This document shows, in pieces, positions 15,523 to 31,271 of a stretch of DNA of 64,000 nucleotides. Position 1 is the stretch's first letter. Each line of letters starts with the position of its first letter. The notes below the pieces were generated by a model. That model worked only from the letters and a program-made list of their open reading frames with translations. It ran no database searches and was not told where the DNA came from. A program made the translations under genes and the position numbers. The stretch is from the human T2T-CHM13v2.0 reference genome, Homo sapiens, in the NCBI RefSeq assembly GCF_009914755.1, contig NC_060936.1; one strand, given 5' to 3'.

Positions 15523-17414
15523 TCAAAAAGTCAAAGTCATATGAAAAAGGGGGGGAAAAAAAATGAAGAATGAGGAACTGTCTTTAATAAGAGAGACTAA
15601 AGAGAAAAAAAACAACCAAATGCAGTGAATGAATTCTGGTTGGATCCTGATTTTAAGAAACCAGCCAAAAATAGGCATAAAGTTATTTTGTGACAATTGA
15701 GAAATTTGAAAACTATTAGATATTATAAAATAATTGTTACTAGGTGTGATAATGTAATTTGGTTATGCAGAGGAATCTCCTTATACTCAGACATAATTAG
15801 GTCATGTCTGCAATATTCTTTCAAATGGTGCAGGAAAACAGTAAAATCTCTATAGATAAAGCAAATATGGGAATCATTTACTGTTGAATTGACTAGAGGG
15901 TAAATGGGGGTATTTGATGTATTCTTTTAACTGTTCCACGTGCGAGCAAGAATGATGACTTCAAAGAAGATGAACGGAAGTGGGCTGGAGTATGTCAGGC
16001 GTGGGAACCGTGCTGGGGCTGTAAGGGGAAGGCCAGATCCCTAGGGCCTGGTAAAGCATTCTGCACTGCCTGCCGATGAGAAACTCCTGATGGTCAGTCA
16101 ATTCAAGCAGCAAGTGGCCCGGTCCAGGGACACGCTAGGAAGATCCTCTTGCTGTTGCTAAGGAAAATGCCCCGTTGGGGACAGGCCGGGAGGCAGGTGC
16201 CAGTTAGGAAGTAGGCAAGCAGAGACCACCAGAATGGAAATGGGAGACACATGAGGAGACAGCAGTGGGTGTGTAGACAGATGTATCGCGAGGGCAAGGG
16301 GAGAAGAGCAAGACACGGCCCCCACGTGGTGTCACTAGTGAGATGGGGCAGGCAGGAGCAAGGGGGGTATGGGGGCACAATGAGTTCATGTTTTTTCTTT
16401 CTTTACAGAGATAATCGAGTTAAAACAATGGGTTCAGTGAGTCGGGGTAACAATGTTGGAGAGAAGACCCCTGAGAGCCCTCCAAGCACACATGCCCGGG
16501 GGCTGTTACAGAGGTGGGCACGGAGCCCAGAGAAGAGCCCAGAGAACACGGCTTTGGGAGTCACCAGCACATCCACAGACACCCCAAGGGGGAAGGAGAT
16601 GAAGGCCTAGAGGAGAGTTCCCTGGAGAGGGAGGACCCTGAAGACAGCCACGTATCAGGCATGCTGGGGGAGATCTGCCCCTTGGCCCAGGACTCCGAGT
16701 CCCTCAGGAAGCGCTTGCTGACGCAGCGCTGATGGAGCCGCCGGCAGAAGACGGGAACTCTCATAGTGTAGGAACAGCTTTGAAGTTCTACGTTTTAAAT
16801 TCAAGAAGCCAATTTGCTAACATTACCCATCATTTAGTTCCATCTCAATTTAACAGATGGTAAAACCAACAAGCAGATATTAATTTTTTCAGTAATGACA
16901 ATTTTATGACTAAACCTTACATTGGATGTTTACCTAGATATGATTAGAGATCAACTTCTGAAGTGAACATATCACAACCCCTAAAACCAAATACTTAAGA
17001 CCAACCCTAAACAGTGAATAATGATGCCATGTGGTAAAGCCATAGACACTGGCCCACGGTGTTGTTGAAAAGAAAATGCTCATTTATTCTTTTGAACGCC
17101 ATTTGTTGTAGGCTATCAAGCGTTTACCAGGTGACTTGTGCTGGCACCAGTGGCCCAGTGAATCAGTCAATAATGTCCAAATCACGTGTTGATTTTTAGA
17201 GATTGTTTATATTCGACACAGCTTCAAAAGTTAAATAACATGACCGTTGGTGCCTCCATCTGCCACAGGGAGCACAGAAACCCCTTACACCATCCCCATC
17301 ACACTGAGACAGGGCAAGCGACCTGCAGTTTCAACAAACATTTATCTTGATGCTGCTGTTCCAGGGGATCCTTTCAGTTTCTGATTAACTGACAATAATC
17401 ATTATTTTCCAGCC

Positions 17415-17780
17415 TTTTATTTTAAGATGAGGTCTCACTCTGTCACCCAGACTGGAGTGCAGCAACACAATCAGAGCACACTGTAGCCTTCACTTCCCAG
17501 GCTCAAGTGATCCTCCCAACCCAGCTTCCTGAATAGCTGGGACCACAGGTGTACACTACTCTGCCTGGCTAATTTTTAAATTTTTTTGTAGAGATGGGGT
17601 CTTGCTGTGTTGTAGCTGGGAACACAGGTGCACCTGACTCTGCCTGGTTAATTTTTAAATTGCAGAGATGAGGTCTTGCTGTGTTGCCCAGGCTGGTCTC
17701 CAACTCCTGAGCTCAAGCAATCCTCCTGCCTCACCCTCTCGAAGTGCTGGGATTATAGGTGTGAGACACCTCACCTGGCA
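17415..17780 (-). mobile_element. AluJ-like element with an internal duplication of about 75-78 bp
   Basis: agctggga.cacaggtg...gtcttgctgtgttg occurs twice. Confidence 0.85.
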
Positions 17781-18639
17781 ATCTCCAGCCTTTCAGAAAG
17801 TTCTGAGATTTTTATACATCCCATATTTTGATTATTGGATTTATCAGAACATAATATTGAGTTAGGTCAAAACTCAGACATGAGCAGGTACAGCATGATG
17901 GATGAAGAGGAGGCTCTGTCAAGCTGCCTGGCTTCAAATCGTGTTCTCTAAGTTAAAATCTCAATGGCTTCCCTGTGCCTCAGTTTCCTCACCTAGAAAA
18001 TGATGATGATGATGTTTCTCAAATGGAGTTAATATACATTAGAATGATGCCCGTCACAGAATGGCACTACATTAGCATTCACATTCATTTTTATTAATAA
18101 ATGTGAATTATTAATTAATCAATGTGAATGCTTTGACAGACATACACTGAATTCATCCTATTAAGTAGAGGTGAAATTCAACAGGAACAAAGAGAAGGGA
18201 GACTCACACTGAAGGCATTCTTGTCTCTTACCAGCTTCCACAGGCTCTGTCAGTCTCCACCTCAGCCTTGCCCTGGGCTGGCACCTGCCGGGGCGGCAGT
18301 GGCCCAGACGCCTACCCAACCTTACTGCACACTTGCGGGCTCTCAGGTGCTCCCAGGGCCGGCGCAGTGGGCTGCAGTTCCCACAGGTGGCCACACGAGG
18401 GCATCTCCGGCGTCAGCCGGCAGCCACAGCATTGGGAGGCCAGGGAGCACTAGGGGGCCCCCAGGTGTTCATCCGGTTCCCTTCTAGTCTGGGAGGAGCC
18501 GAGGGCAGGGTCCAGGAGGCAGGACTTACAGGAATTTGATTGGCATAGACAGTGGCCAATCAGATGTCCGGGCTGTGGGAGCGGAGGCCCTGGGGGAGGG
18601 CAGGTGTGACTACTGACCCCTCGCCAGGGCGGCACCTGT

Positions 18640-19040
18640 GCAGACCCAGCCACGTTTAGCTGACTGTGGGCCCGAAGGAGGCCGGCCATGGGGCGTCGGC
18701 CGCCTCTGAAGGAACCGATGGCCCACGCCCACAGTACCTACCCGAGGGCTCAAACGTGCGCTGAAAACACGCCCGCGGGGCCACTGGCACAAGCGGAACC
18801 CGCCGCTTACCTTGGGCTGCGTATCGACAGGAGCCGTCCTCCACCAGCACGTTATAGAAAGGCTGGTGGTGGCCGTGCGGCAGGCTGTGGACGTTCATGT
18901 TCCGGATCCACTCGTGTCCCATCATGCAGGTGGGGTCCCAGCCGTAGATCACACAGTTATAGCCATACCTAGTTAACACAGGAGGAGCAGTCAGTCCCTG
19001 CAGACCCGGCCGCAACAACCTCCAGACAACCGCGTGGCTT
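18640..19040. promoter_or_regulatory. Intragenic CpG-rich patch around exon 11
   Basis: CpG and GC content are visibly higher than in the flanking intron. Confidence 0.5.
18811..18968 (-). CDS. FBXO21: FBXO21 exon 11 (158 nt): YGYNCVIYGWDPTC...QPFYNVLVEDGSCRYAAQ, the YccV/HspQ-like domain
   Basis: Boundaries aactag|GTATGG and CCAAG|gtaagc. Lies inside ORF 18656..19018. Confidence 0.96.
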
Positions 19041-19920
19041 CTCAGCTCACATCCTCAGTTACCTGCTTTACTCCACGGTGAATCATTTTTCAGGACACCC
19101 CTAACCCCTTTTATAAACACCTCTTATTATCAACATAGCACTTTATCTGGAAAAGAATAAACTTTTCAACAAAAAGTGATTAGATGACAACTGGTTACCC
19201 AAAAGAAAAAGGTATGGGGACCTGGCCTGACAACAGCACACCAAATTCAATTCTCAGTACAGCAAAGACTCAGGTGTTAAATGCAGAACTTCTAAAATAG
19301 AAAGTATCTTCATGACTCAAGATAGGGAAGGTTTGTTAAAACAAGGCACTAAAAATACAGCCGTAAAGGAAAAGACTAACCAATCTGACATCACTAAAAC
19401 CAAGAGACTAACAAATCCTGATCCAAACATGTAAAAATATGAGACAACTGGGGAAATAGGAACTCTCACTAGATACTGCATGAAGTTAAGGAACTGGGGT
19501 TTTCTAGATGTGATAATAAGATGTTAAATATGAAAAGACAGAGAAGGAGAGAGCACCCCTGCCTTTTAGAGGTACATACTGAAATCACTACAGGTGAAAT
19601 GGCATCTGGCACTTGCGTCAATTAACCCAGGGAGGAAGGTCTGGAGGGTGCAGGGGACAGTAAGATTCACCCCGTATGGCAGCTGTTGAGGCTGGATGAC
19701 AGGAACACCACCTGGTTCCTTATAGTCCTTTCTCTCTTATAAATCTTTGCAAATTTCCATTTAAAAGTTTAAAAAAATACAATAAAGAATGAAAACCACC
19801 AGCCAAAAACTGGGAAAAGATATTTGCAACTTATCGTCATGTAGATACTGATACACAGAAGAACAACTACATATCATATTAGGGAGGACTAATAACTCAA
19901 TAGAAAAAAATACACGAAAT

Positions 19921-20230
19921 GGGCTGGGTGTGGTGGCTCACGCCTGTAATCCTAGTACTTTGGGAGGCTGAGACGGCAGATCACTTGAGGTCAGGAGTTA
20001 GTGACGTGCCTGGCCAACATGGTGAAACCCTGTCTTTACTAAAACACAAAAAATTAGCCAGGCGTGGTGGTGTGCGCCTGTAGTCCCAGCTACCTGGGAG
20101 GCTGAGGCATGAGAGTCGCTTGAACTGGGAGGCAGAGGTTGCAGGTGAGCTGAGATACAACACTGCACTCCAGCCTGGGCAACAGACCCAGACTGTCTCC
20201 AAAGGAAAAAAAAAAAAGAAAAAAAGAAAA
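19921..20230 (+). mobile_element. Alu within old L1 remnants (about 19130-20520)
   Basis: Alu consensus with A-rich L1-like flanks. Confidence 0.85.
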
Positions 20231-20892
20231 GAAAAATGAAATGTTTGAATAGGCGCTTAATAAAAGGAAATTTGGAACTTGGATAGCCAGTAAATATATG
20301 AAAAGAACCTTAACGTGTTTAGTAACCCAGGAAACAGAAATTAAAACCACAGTGAAACACTATTTGCCCTTTCTCAGGTAAGTACACTTTTAAAGGTCTG
20401 GCAATAGCACCAGGCGAGAATAGGAACTCCAGGCTCCCAGCCTGCTGGTGGGATGTAAACTGCTCCAATCACTTTGGATACAGTTTAATTTTGCCTGGTA
20501 AATAGACCAAGTGCCTATCGGATTTGAAGAGACTGAGATTAAGTGACAAGATATAAGAACAATGAGGAAATGAGAGAAAAAACTTGTGTCTTACAAAGTT
20601 ACTTCCATGTTCTCACACACAGAGAAGGGTCAAACATCTAAAGGCCACTAAAAACAGTAGAAGATCTCTCAGGAAAGTAAGCTGCTGCTTAAAAAACACA
20701 AAGGTCAAAGACACGGTTCAAAAAGAAAAAAAAAGAGGTTCAGCTTTCTGTCTTCCCCGCGGTGCGCACTCGGGGGATAAGTGATCCAGTCAGCTCCTCC
20801 TCCACTGTGTCCTGGGGGCTCACCAGGTGCATGTGTGTCTCTGCAGCCCCTCTGGAACGGACACTGCAGGACAGATGATCCCGGGCACTCAC

Positions 20893-21104
20893 CTCTTATG
20901 CTTCATAATGAGCCCGATGGAGTAGCAGACATCTCTGTGCTTCTCATCGGAGCGCAGCTTCACCTCTACGCCCACCTCCTCCTTTTTGCGCTCAATGTGC
21001 TCTAGAGTGTGCTGCACCAGGTAGCCCACCGCCCCGTGCTGCCCCGGGTCTAGGGTTTGGATGTGCTGGAGGATGTCAAGCACCTTCAAAACAAGACAGA
21101 AAGA
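20893..21104 (-). CDS. FBXO21: FBXO21 exon 10 (212 nt long form; 191 nt short form starting at 21083)
   Basis: Two acceptors 21 nt apart: ttttag|TCTTTC (21104) and ttgaag|GTGCTT (21083). Ends AAGAG|gtgagt. Matches ORF 20889..21089. Confidence 0.95.
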
Positions 21105-23124
21105 CTAAAAGATAATATTTTCAGCTAGGCCTTTTCTTTTTTGCAGCGAGGGATTTAGACCTACCTACGTAACCTAACAAAGCAAAGGACCACAAGGGGT
21201 GGCTATGCCCTGATCGAACCGGTCCAGGTCTCTGGACCATCCTCTGATGGACCGCCACCAAATCGGCACTGCAGATGCCCAGGGTTGGGCTCTACTGTAA
21301 CACTGGCAGCTGGCCCAGGATACCCCAATTCAACCAGTGTCAACCTGAGGAGTTCTTTGGAAACCAGTGTGCTGGGATAAGCGCTGGGGACGCAGGTGAG
21401 GGCCCACCACCTAGGGCACTCTGGATGAGGTGGGCTCTAACAGCACCTAGCATGCTTGGTCGGCATGGGAAATGTGAGAATCCACGTTTTTTCAATACAC
21501 AGGAATGATTTTCACTTGCCACTCACGAATTCAGAGGGGAAAAAAAAATGCTAAATTGCTTTAATCGAGACGAAGAGGATGTCTGACACAACTGCCTCAG
21601 TGCTGGAAAAGATGGAAAAGGTCACAGAGTGGGCACCAAAGGGATGCATTCGTTGAGTTTATGAAGCTACACTAGAAGGAGGGAGCCACGTATATCAGAG
21701 TTCTAAAATCCTGCTGGTCACTTCAGTGGTCTTAACTCATCATGGTATTTGGTATTCAGCAGGCAGCAGGAGAAACTACATCTATGCAGAGGTTAAACTA
21801 GTAGCACAGAGTAGCAGCCCTGTCTGACTCCACTATTACCGCCTCTACTGCACACAGTGCCTCTGTGGAAAAAACTCCACGTTTAAAAAGACACAGACAT
21901 ACAATTATTTCGCACCCATTACGTTTACAGCCCTTAGCATAGAATTTCTGACAAGGTTCTCCTTCCAATTTACTGAGTCCTGGATTACAGCCTGCTTAGT
22001 GCATTACAGCAACCTGGACTCTAGGCCCAGATCGGTCAGACTAGCTGGCGTTTTTACCTCTGAATTCCTTTCTTAGCTTATCAAATCATGAGTAATCACT
22101 GTCCTATTTGCTGATGCATTGTGAGCCTGTCAAAGTATTGTGAAAACTCCAGTTTTATGCACCATGTTATTATCTTGCCTTTCAGACTGCGACGTGCTGG
22201 ACCTCAACATTTACTGAACACTATTCTCTGCTGGTCACTGTGCCAAGTCCATCAGGTTTTTTGTTTCACTTAATCCTTCCCATTTGAAGGTCAGTAATTT
22301 CTTGATCTTCAAATTGGGAGGATTAGGTGGAAAAAAAAAAAAAAAGCTTTTAATCACTGCCACTTCCCGAACAGGACTCAGGCTTAGTGAAGTGACTTTC
22401 CCGGGGTCACAGGGTTGTGGAGAGGTGGAGTGAGGCTGTGGCTCTGGGTGTGAAGATCAACTCTTGGTCTCAACCAGTGTCATATCCTAGCAAGAGCAGG
22501 AGCATTTTAAATTAACTACTACAAAAAGTTCCAAACACATAAAAATGGACAAAGCAGTATAATCCCAAGTACCCCAAACCCAGTTTTGACAAGAATCAAC
22601 AGACAGCCAATCCCCCTGTGCCTCTACCTCCAGCCGGGTGCTTTTAATTGTGGGACACTCGCAGATTTACCCTTTAGTTTAATAGGAAGCGCCTACTGAC
22701 AGTGCCTGCATAATGGCTGTCCTTGTGGCCTGAAAGAGTACCAACAAGCCGCTTTTTCTGCCCCTCCACTGTGTTCCACACACACAGCTCCCCTTCTCTC
22801 CTAGCAGCCACCTCCCCATCAGATAAGTAAAATGGTCAGAACTTGGCATCGTCAGAGAACAGAGGAAGTCTAGATAAGGTCAAGGATAATTACCCCCACC
22901 TTCGCTGGATGTGTGGCTGAGCGCGAAGGGAGAGGGCAGAAACGAAGACATTGTGCCTCGGGGCCTGGCGTATTTGCAGACAGTGTTGACCCAGGCACCA
23001 TGCCGTCCCCACCAAATACTCTAGGGCTAGAATGCCGCAAGATCACCACTTCTGGGGTGGAGATCCTGGATTGGGGTCTATTACCCATGATGCATTTCCC
23101 TATACTGCTCTTCTCCCTCTAGCC

Positions 23125-23325
23125 TAGGGGTTGGTAAACTTTTTCTGTAAAGGGCTAGAGAAGAGACACTAGGCTTTGGGGGCTACACAGTCCCTGATTT
23201 AACTACTCAACTCTGCCACTGTAGCTTGAAAAAAGCTATAGATAATAAGTAAACAAACACAACTTATTCACAAAAACAGGCTTTGTGAATCTGGCCCACA
23301 AGCTATAGTTTGCTGGCCCCTGCTC
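23125..23325. mobile_element. MER58A-like DNA transposon
   Basis: ggggttggtaaactttttctgtaaaggg...aactactcaactctgccactgtagc...tatagtttgctggcccctg. Confidence 0.7.
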
Positions 23326-23643
23326 TGTCCCTGAATTCCAGGTTCCCTCTAAGGTTCTCTCTGAAGTTCTTGGCTCTGCTTTCTTGAGATCCATTGTCTA
23401 TGGATCCGCTACTTCTGGGGCTTCAGTTACCAGATGCTGATGCTGGGAGCTCCTGCTAAAGGCTACTGGGCATCTGCACTCGATGGCTTCAGGTCAGGAT
23501 GAATGCATCATACCCCACACAAAACACTCTCCTACTACCAAAACAGGCCTGCTCTCCAAATACCTACTTTCAGAGTGGCATAAACTGCCCCCGTGTTGAA
23601 AAATCTGGACATCCTTTGAGTCTTCTTTATTCATATCTAATGA

Positions 23644-24082
<439 letters not shown>

Positions 24083-26241
24083 TAATGGAGACAGATGACG
24101 GAGCAGCAGCTACCACAGACTGGACAAAGCTCTAGGAAGGGCAAGCACAGGAACGACGGGAAAACATGACCTGGCCGCACACAGGAACCAGGGAAGGGGT
24201 TTCAGAGGAGGCAGAAGTCTAAGCTGACAGCTGGGCAGAAGTGAGCCAGCAAATGGAGTTGAGGATGAGCAGAGGCCCTGGGCAGACACGCAGCACATGC
24301 AAAAGACTGAAGCAAGACAGTGCAGGCACACAGAAAAAGTAGTGGGTGCAGGAGAGGACCAAGGAACTCCACGGGAGGTGGGGAGCATCAGGCAAGCAGG
24401 GCCAGACCGCCGAGAACCTAAAAGCCACACGGAGGAGAGCAAGTCTGGTCTTCAAGGCAACAGGGGAGCCACCCTGAGGGGTTTAAGCAGTGAAGGGACC
24501 TAATTGATATTTTGTTAAGATTCCTCTGGCCTGCATACAGAGCGGGTTCACAGGGGCTCAGAGTCGAGAGAGGGAGGACAAGCAGGAGGCCAGGGCACTG
24601 CTTCGGGCTGCAGAAGTGCTGGTCTCAGCGGGTCGACTTTCACCCGTCTGGGAGACAGAGTCACGTGCAGGGGTGTAGCAGGTATGTGGATATGCTGGTC
24701 TGAGCCCAGGGTCCAGGCAGGGGTCCAGTGCTCCAGCAGCCACAGCAGACAGGCAGAAACTGACACAAGAAGAGGGGAACTGTCCTAGGGCACAGGTGCA
24801 GGGTAGAAGACGTCTAGAAACCATCCTTCAGCCTTGAAGGGAGGAAATAGCAAGAGCCTGAGAACCAGAGACCACAGAGCAAAAGTAACCGAGTGTTCCC
24901 AGAAGGGAGTAGCCCGCAGTGACAGGGCAAGATACAGAAAGAAAAAGTATGTACTGCATTTATCAACGAGGAGAATGGTTTCAGCCAAAGAGGGTCACTG
25001 GCTTCCTTGGCAAGAACAGTGCCTATGGAGGAGGCATGGGAACGGGTCCTGATGTCCTGGGGAGTGAGTGGGAGGCAGACTAAGAGCTTCAGCTCTTGGG
25101 GAGGAGGAAAGGTGGCAACCCAGGGAAATTCCTGCAGGGCAGACAGGGAGTGCTTTTTGTTTTTCTTCTAATAGAAGAGAGGGGTGTTTGCCTTGGAAAA
25201 TTGGAGGGATACCTTTTCCACTGAAAGGAAGAGAAAGAGGGAAAGGAGAACTATGGATCATGATGAGGACGAAGGTCTGGCAGCAGGAAGGAGAAGGTGC
25301 CTGTGTGCTGGCTTCTTCAGAAGCGCTCTGGCCTTGGCCCACTGTACCACGGGATGCCGCATGGGGTGGGCTAGGGCATCAGCTTGCCTGCACTGAACTC
25401 CTAGTGCCGTCACGGCATGTGCAGGAGACCTGGCTAAGTTATTTAACTTCTCCCTGCCTCAGTTTCATTATTTCCCATATGGCAAAAAGAAAAAGAATAT
25501 CTACCCTATAGGGCTGCTAAGAAGATGGAAGGAGGCGTTCAGTCAGTACTCCCGACTTAAAATCTCACCATCCCGCCCTCTCTATGTCCATACAGCCGTC
25601 ATAACCCTGCATTACTGTGACAGTGACCAAGGCGGCTGATGTTTCTTAGCTCTTCCTGATTTAATTCAATCAATAACAAGACAACCTTCAGGCCTTCCCA
25701 GCTCAGGAATGTCTCCCTTTCACTTGATAAACTCAAAGCCTTCCACAAACTGGTCTCACACTCCGTAACAATTTTATACACACATATGTAAAAATACACC
25801 TCAAACTGCACACTCATCAGCATAGAAATCCGTGCTAGGCTGACATCTGCAGGCGCCACACCCTCCCACCCCTGGACCACATGCAGGCTGTTCCCACTGA
25901 CTGGAGTCACGTACTTTTCTGCCCTCTGAAGTTGTTTTTCATTTTTCAAGGTCACACCTGAAACCCTTCCTCTGGAGAGGAACCTTGTCCGATTTCTTCA
26001 GCACCCCCTGGCTTCTTCCGCACTGGGAGTCCCAGAGTTTTCCTTGGCTGTCTCAGGGGCCCTAGCGGGATTATGCATTTATTAAGGGTAGGCAGTCACA
26101 CGTGCGCTGGCAATGAGCCACTTTTCTCCCCTAATCTCTGAATGAGGGGTCACCCAAGAGATGGACTCCAGCAGCAAATGTCAAGATTTCCCCCTAAAAG
26201 GGGATGTTAATAGCATCACTTCGACAATGACTCAAAATTTA

Positions 26242-27638
<1,397 letters not shown>

Positions 27639-28507
27639 TGATGCATCATTTCTTAGAACTATTTTAGATCTCCGAAGTTGTGAATCAGTGAGACTTTAAA
27701 TTTAAGCAATGTAGAGTCACTTATAATATTTACTTTTTCAAGGAAGATTTTACCCCTCTCTAATGACACAGGGAGATGAGTTTATGTTGATGGCCTGTGA
27801 GACCTCAGAATTAAATTCTGCTCTAAACAAACAAAAAGGACTATTCACATATTTCCAGAGAAGGGCCAGGGCATGGTGGGAATGTGCAGCTGGCTCCTGC
27901 ACCATTATACACAACGGGCCTCTCCATGTGCTGCAGCCACACAGCTCATGGAGGTAAACACCGCAGCCTTCTGAAAGGGCATGCTGCTGCCCAAAGGGGG
28001 CCATTAAAAAACTGAGAAAATTCAAGTGAAACAGTGTCAAAATTCAATGGTTTTCAGAAAGTCCTTCTCTAGTCCAGTGGCTGGACTTGAACATATCTAA
28101 GATCCAATTTTCCTGTGAAAACAGGAGTACTTATTCATGGCCAATGTAGTTGCTAACAGTACAGCTGGAGGTTGACCATTTACAGCTGTGCTTTCCCTTG
28201 CTGAGTGAGGGTGACTTGGGGAAAACGATCTGAGGGCCCCAGTGGTTGAGTAGCGGGTACAGAGGCTTTGTGGTTCTAGGGTTTAAGGAGGTGACCACAA
28301 AGAGAACAGGCAATTCCTGGCAGTGGAACCAATTTTCCTTAGAATAAGAGAAGTAAAAAAAAATCTACCAATGGGTTACGATTGGGAGACTGAATAAATT
28401 TGTGTTTATTCCCCATGTTAACACAAAGATAAGCTTGTCACGGGCACCCTTCAATCTAGGACTTCCCTTTCTAAGGCAAGTGCAAAGCATCAAAGTAAAA
28501 TAATTAC

Positions 28508-28640
28508 CTTCTCTGGCCAGATTCCCAGGTGGAAGTAAAGCCTGGCTTGGAGGAGGAGAAGCTGCACCTGGTCCGGGTACATTGCCAGATAGAGATCCAG
28601 CGAGTCTCTCAGGAGCTGGTATGACTGGTCGATGCCTTCC
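28508..28640 (-). CDS. FBXO21: FBXO21 exon 9 (133 nt): EGIDQSYQLLRDSLDLYLAMYPDQVQLLLLQARLYFHLGIWPEK
   Basis: Boundaries ctgctag|GGAAGG and AAG|gtaatt. Confidence 0.95.
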
Positions 28641-28930
28641 CTAGCAGAGGAAAAACAATGTTTGTCTCATCCTGCTTGTTTTTTCAGCAAAGACTCTCTT
28701 TTTCAAGGCCCAGGTTTTAAATATAATTGACACAAATCCCAAACGTTTTCTGATTCTGGTATTTCTTCTCAGCTCAACAAAGAGATACAATGCTCTTAAG
28801 AAAAAAAAAATACACAATAAATATAAATCTTGTGCCCTACTTTGGTGATGGGTACTAAATTAAAATCAGAAGCATTTTTACTAAGCAGTCACTGCAATAA
28901 CACTGTACATAATTAAAAATGAATTCTGAA

Positions 28931-29550
<620 letters not shown>

Positions 29551-29919
29551 ATTCTGTCATTAGACATAAAACTATTACTATAATATAGTCTACAACTTTC
29601 TACTTTCCCTATATGACAAATTTTCTTGGACTTAGAAACAAGACAGTTTCATATTTTTGTTTTCTTATCTAATGATAGGAAGGTATAAATTAAAAGACGG
29701 CAAAGCATTTGGATATGAGAAGATCTTGCCCTTGAAAAATATCTTTCCTAGTCTAAGATATTCTTGTTACTGAAGAATGTTTCCAGTACTCGCAAAGAGA
29801 ACTTCTTAGGGTCTACTGCAAAGATCTCAACGAAAAGTCACTTGGCACATCTCAAACACAATTCAAGCCTCTAAAGACATGTGCTCTGCAGAAGTACTAG
29901 AAAACCAAGAAAACCTTAC

Positions 29920-30099
29920 CGCTTCCCCAGGCTTAACAGGTTTCCCACCATTCTCTGTAACACCTTCTTGACATTGACCACCCCATACAGTGCTGCAGTC
30001 ACGTGCTGGCCGATCAAGTACTCGCATTCTTTCACTGTCAGCTGCTTGCCTTTCCCAAAAGCATCTATGTAGATGTAGTCAAAGATGTCCAGGGTCGCC
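29920..30099 (-). CDS. FBXO21: FBXO21 exon 8 (180 nt): ATLDIFDYIYIDAFGKGKQLTVKECEYLIGQHVTAALYGVVNVKKVLQRMVGNLLSLGKR
   Basis: Boundaries gatag|GGCGAC and AAGCG|gtaagg. Lies inside ORF 29916..30137. Confidence 0.96.
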
Positions 30100-30487
30100 C
30101 TATCCAAAGAGCCAAATATCAGATGAGAGCTGAACAACTCATTATTTTAAGTCTCCACAGTAAGTAGCTCAAATCATGGGCTGAAGGTTGAGACCATAAC
30201 ATTTCTACTTACAATATGAAGGTCTTGTCCAAGTTTAAAATCTGACCCCTTTGTGCAAGCTCTGCTAAGACCACAGCACACTGACATTTAAGAAACAGCA
30301 CCAATGTATGTCATCTAATAGCGTTCTTTAGGAAGACTAAAACTCACTGCCAGGAGTATCTACAAGTTCAGCTAAGATAAAGATTTATGGAATGCCTGAG
30401 GCAGTCTGTTAATTCCATAGATTAGCAGCAGGTAACCGTCTGTGGATCCTGGGCCCTGGATGATCTGAAGAAAGTTACAGAACCTCA

Positions 30488-30791
30488 GCCGGGCGTGGTG
30501 GCTCACACCTGTAATCCCAGCACTTTGGGAGGCCGAGGCGGGTGGATCACAAGGTCAGCAGATTGTGACTAACATCCTGGCTAACACGGTGAAACCCGGT
30601 CTCTACTAAAAATACAAAAAAATTGGCCAGGTGTGGTAGCACGCACCTGTAGTCCCAGCTACTCGGGAGGCTGAGGCAGAAGAATGGTGTGAACCCGGGA
30701 GGCGGAGCTTGCAGTTAGCCAAGATCACGCTACTGCACTGCACTCCAGCCTGGGCGACAGAAAAAGACTCTGTCTCAAAAAAAAAAAAAAA
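30488..30791 (+). mobile_element. AluY-like element
   Basis: Diagnostic catcctggctaacacggtg and ggaggcggagcttgcag. TSD AAAGTTACAG(A/C)ACCTCA. Confidence 0.85.
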
Positions 30792-31271
30792 GTTACAGCA
30801 CCTCACACCAGAAGGATTCGGCCATCAGTTCTGCTGACATGCTGAGGTGGTCAGAGACCTGCTGAGCCCATCACAGCCTTGGGCTGGGAACCCTGTGCTA
30901 GAGCACAGAGAGCTGTGCCCCTGGCCTTGATCACACAGCAATTCTTGCAGCTCTTCTGCTTTCTGTGACCTGCACTCGAACTGCACTAGTATGCTGGGGC
31001 TGGCCCTCGCTGAGCACAATGCTGAGCAGTGGTCACATGATGCAAGCTCTCACTGAACTGCCAGGCCCATTCTCTGTGAGGACTCATGGAATCCTCATGG
31101 AGGATTCAGGTGGCTCTGTTTCAGGGATATTAGTGTTTCTTATGAGCTATTGTTTCATCTTGTATCTGAAGCCCACTACAAATCGTAGCATATTCCTCTC
31201 TTTGGTTGCTAAAAAAGTCCAGTCGAATTTCTTCCTTGAGTCATATTTATAACCTACCCTTAGCAAGGATA

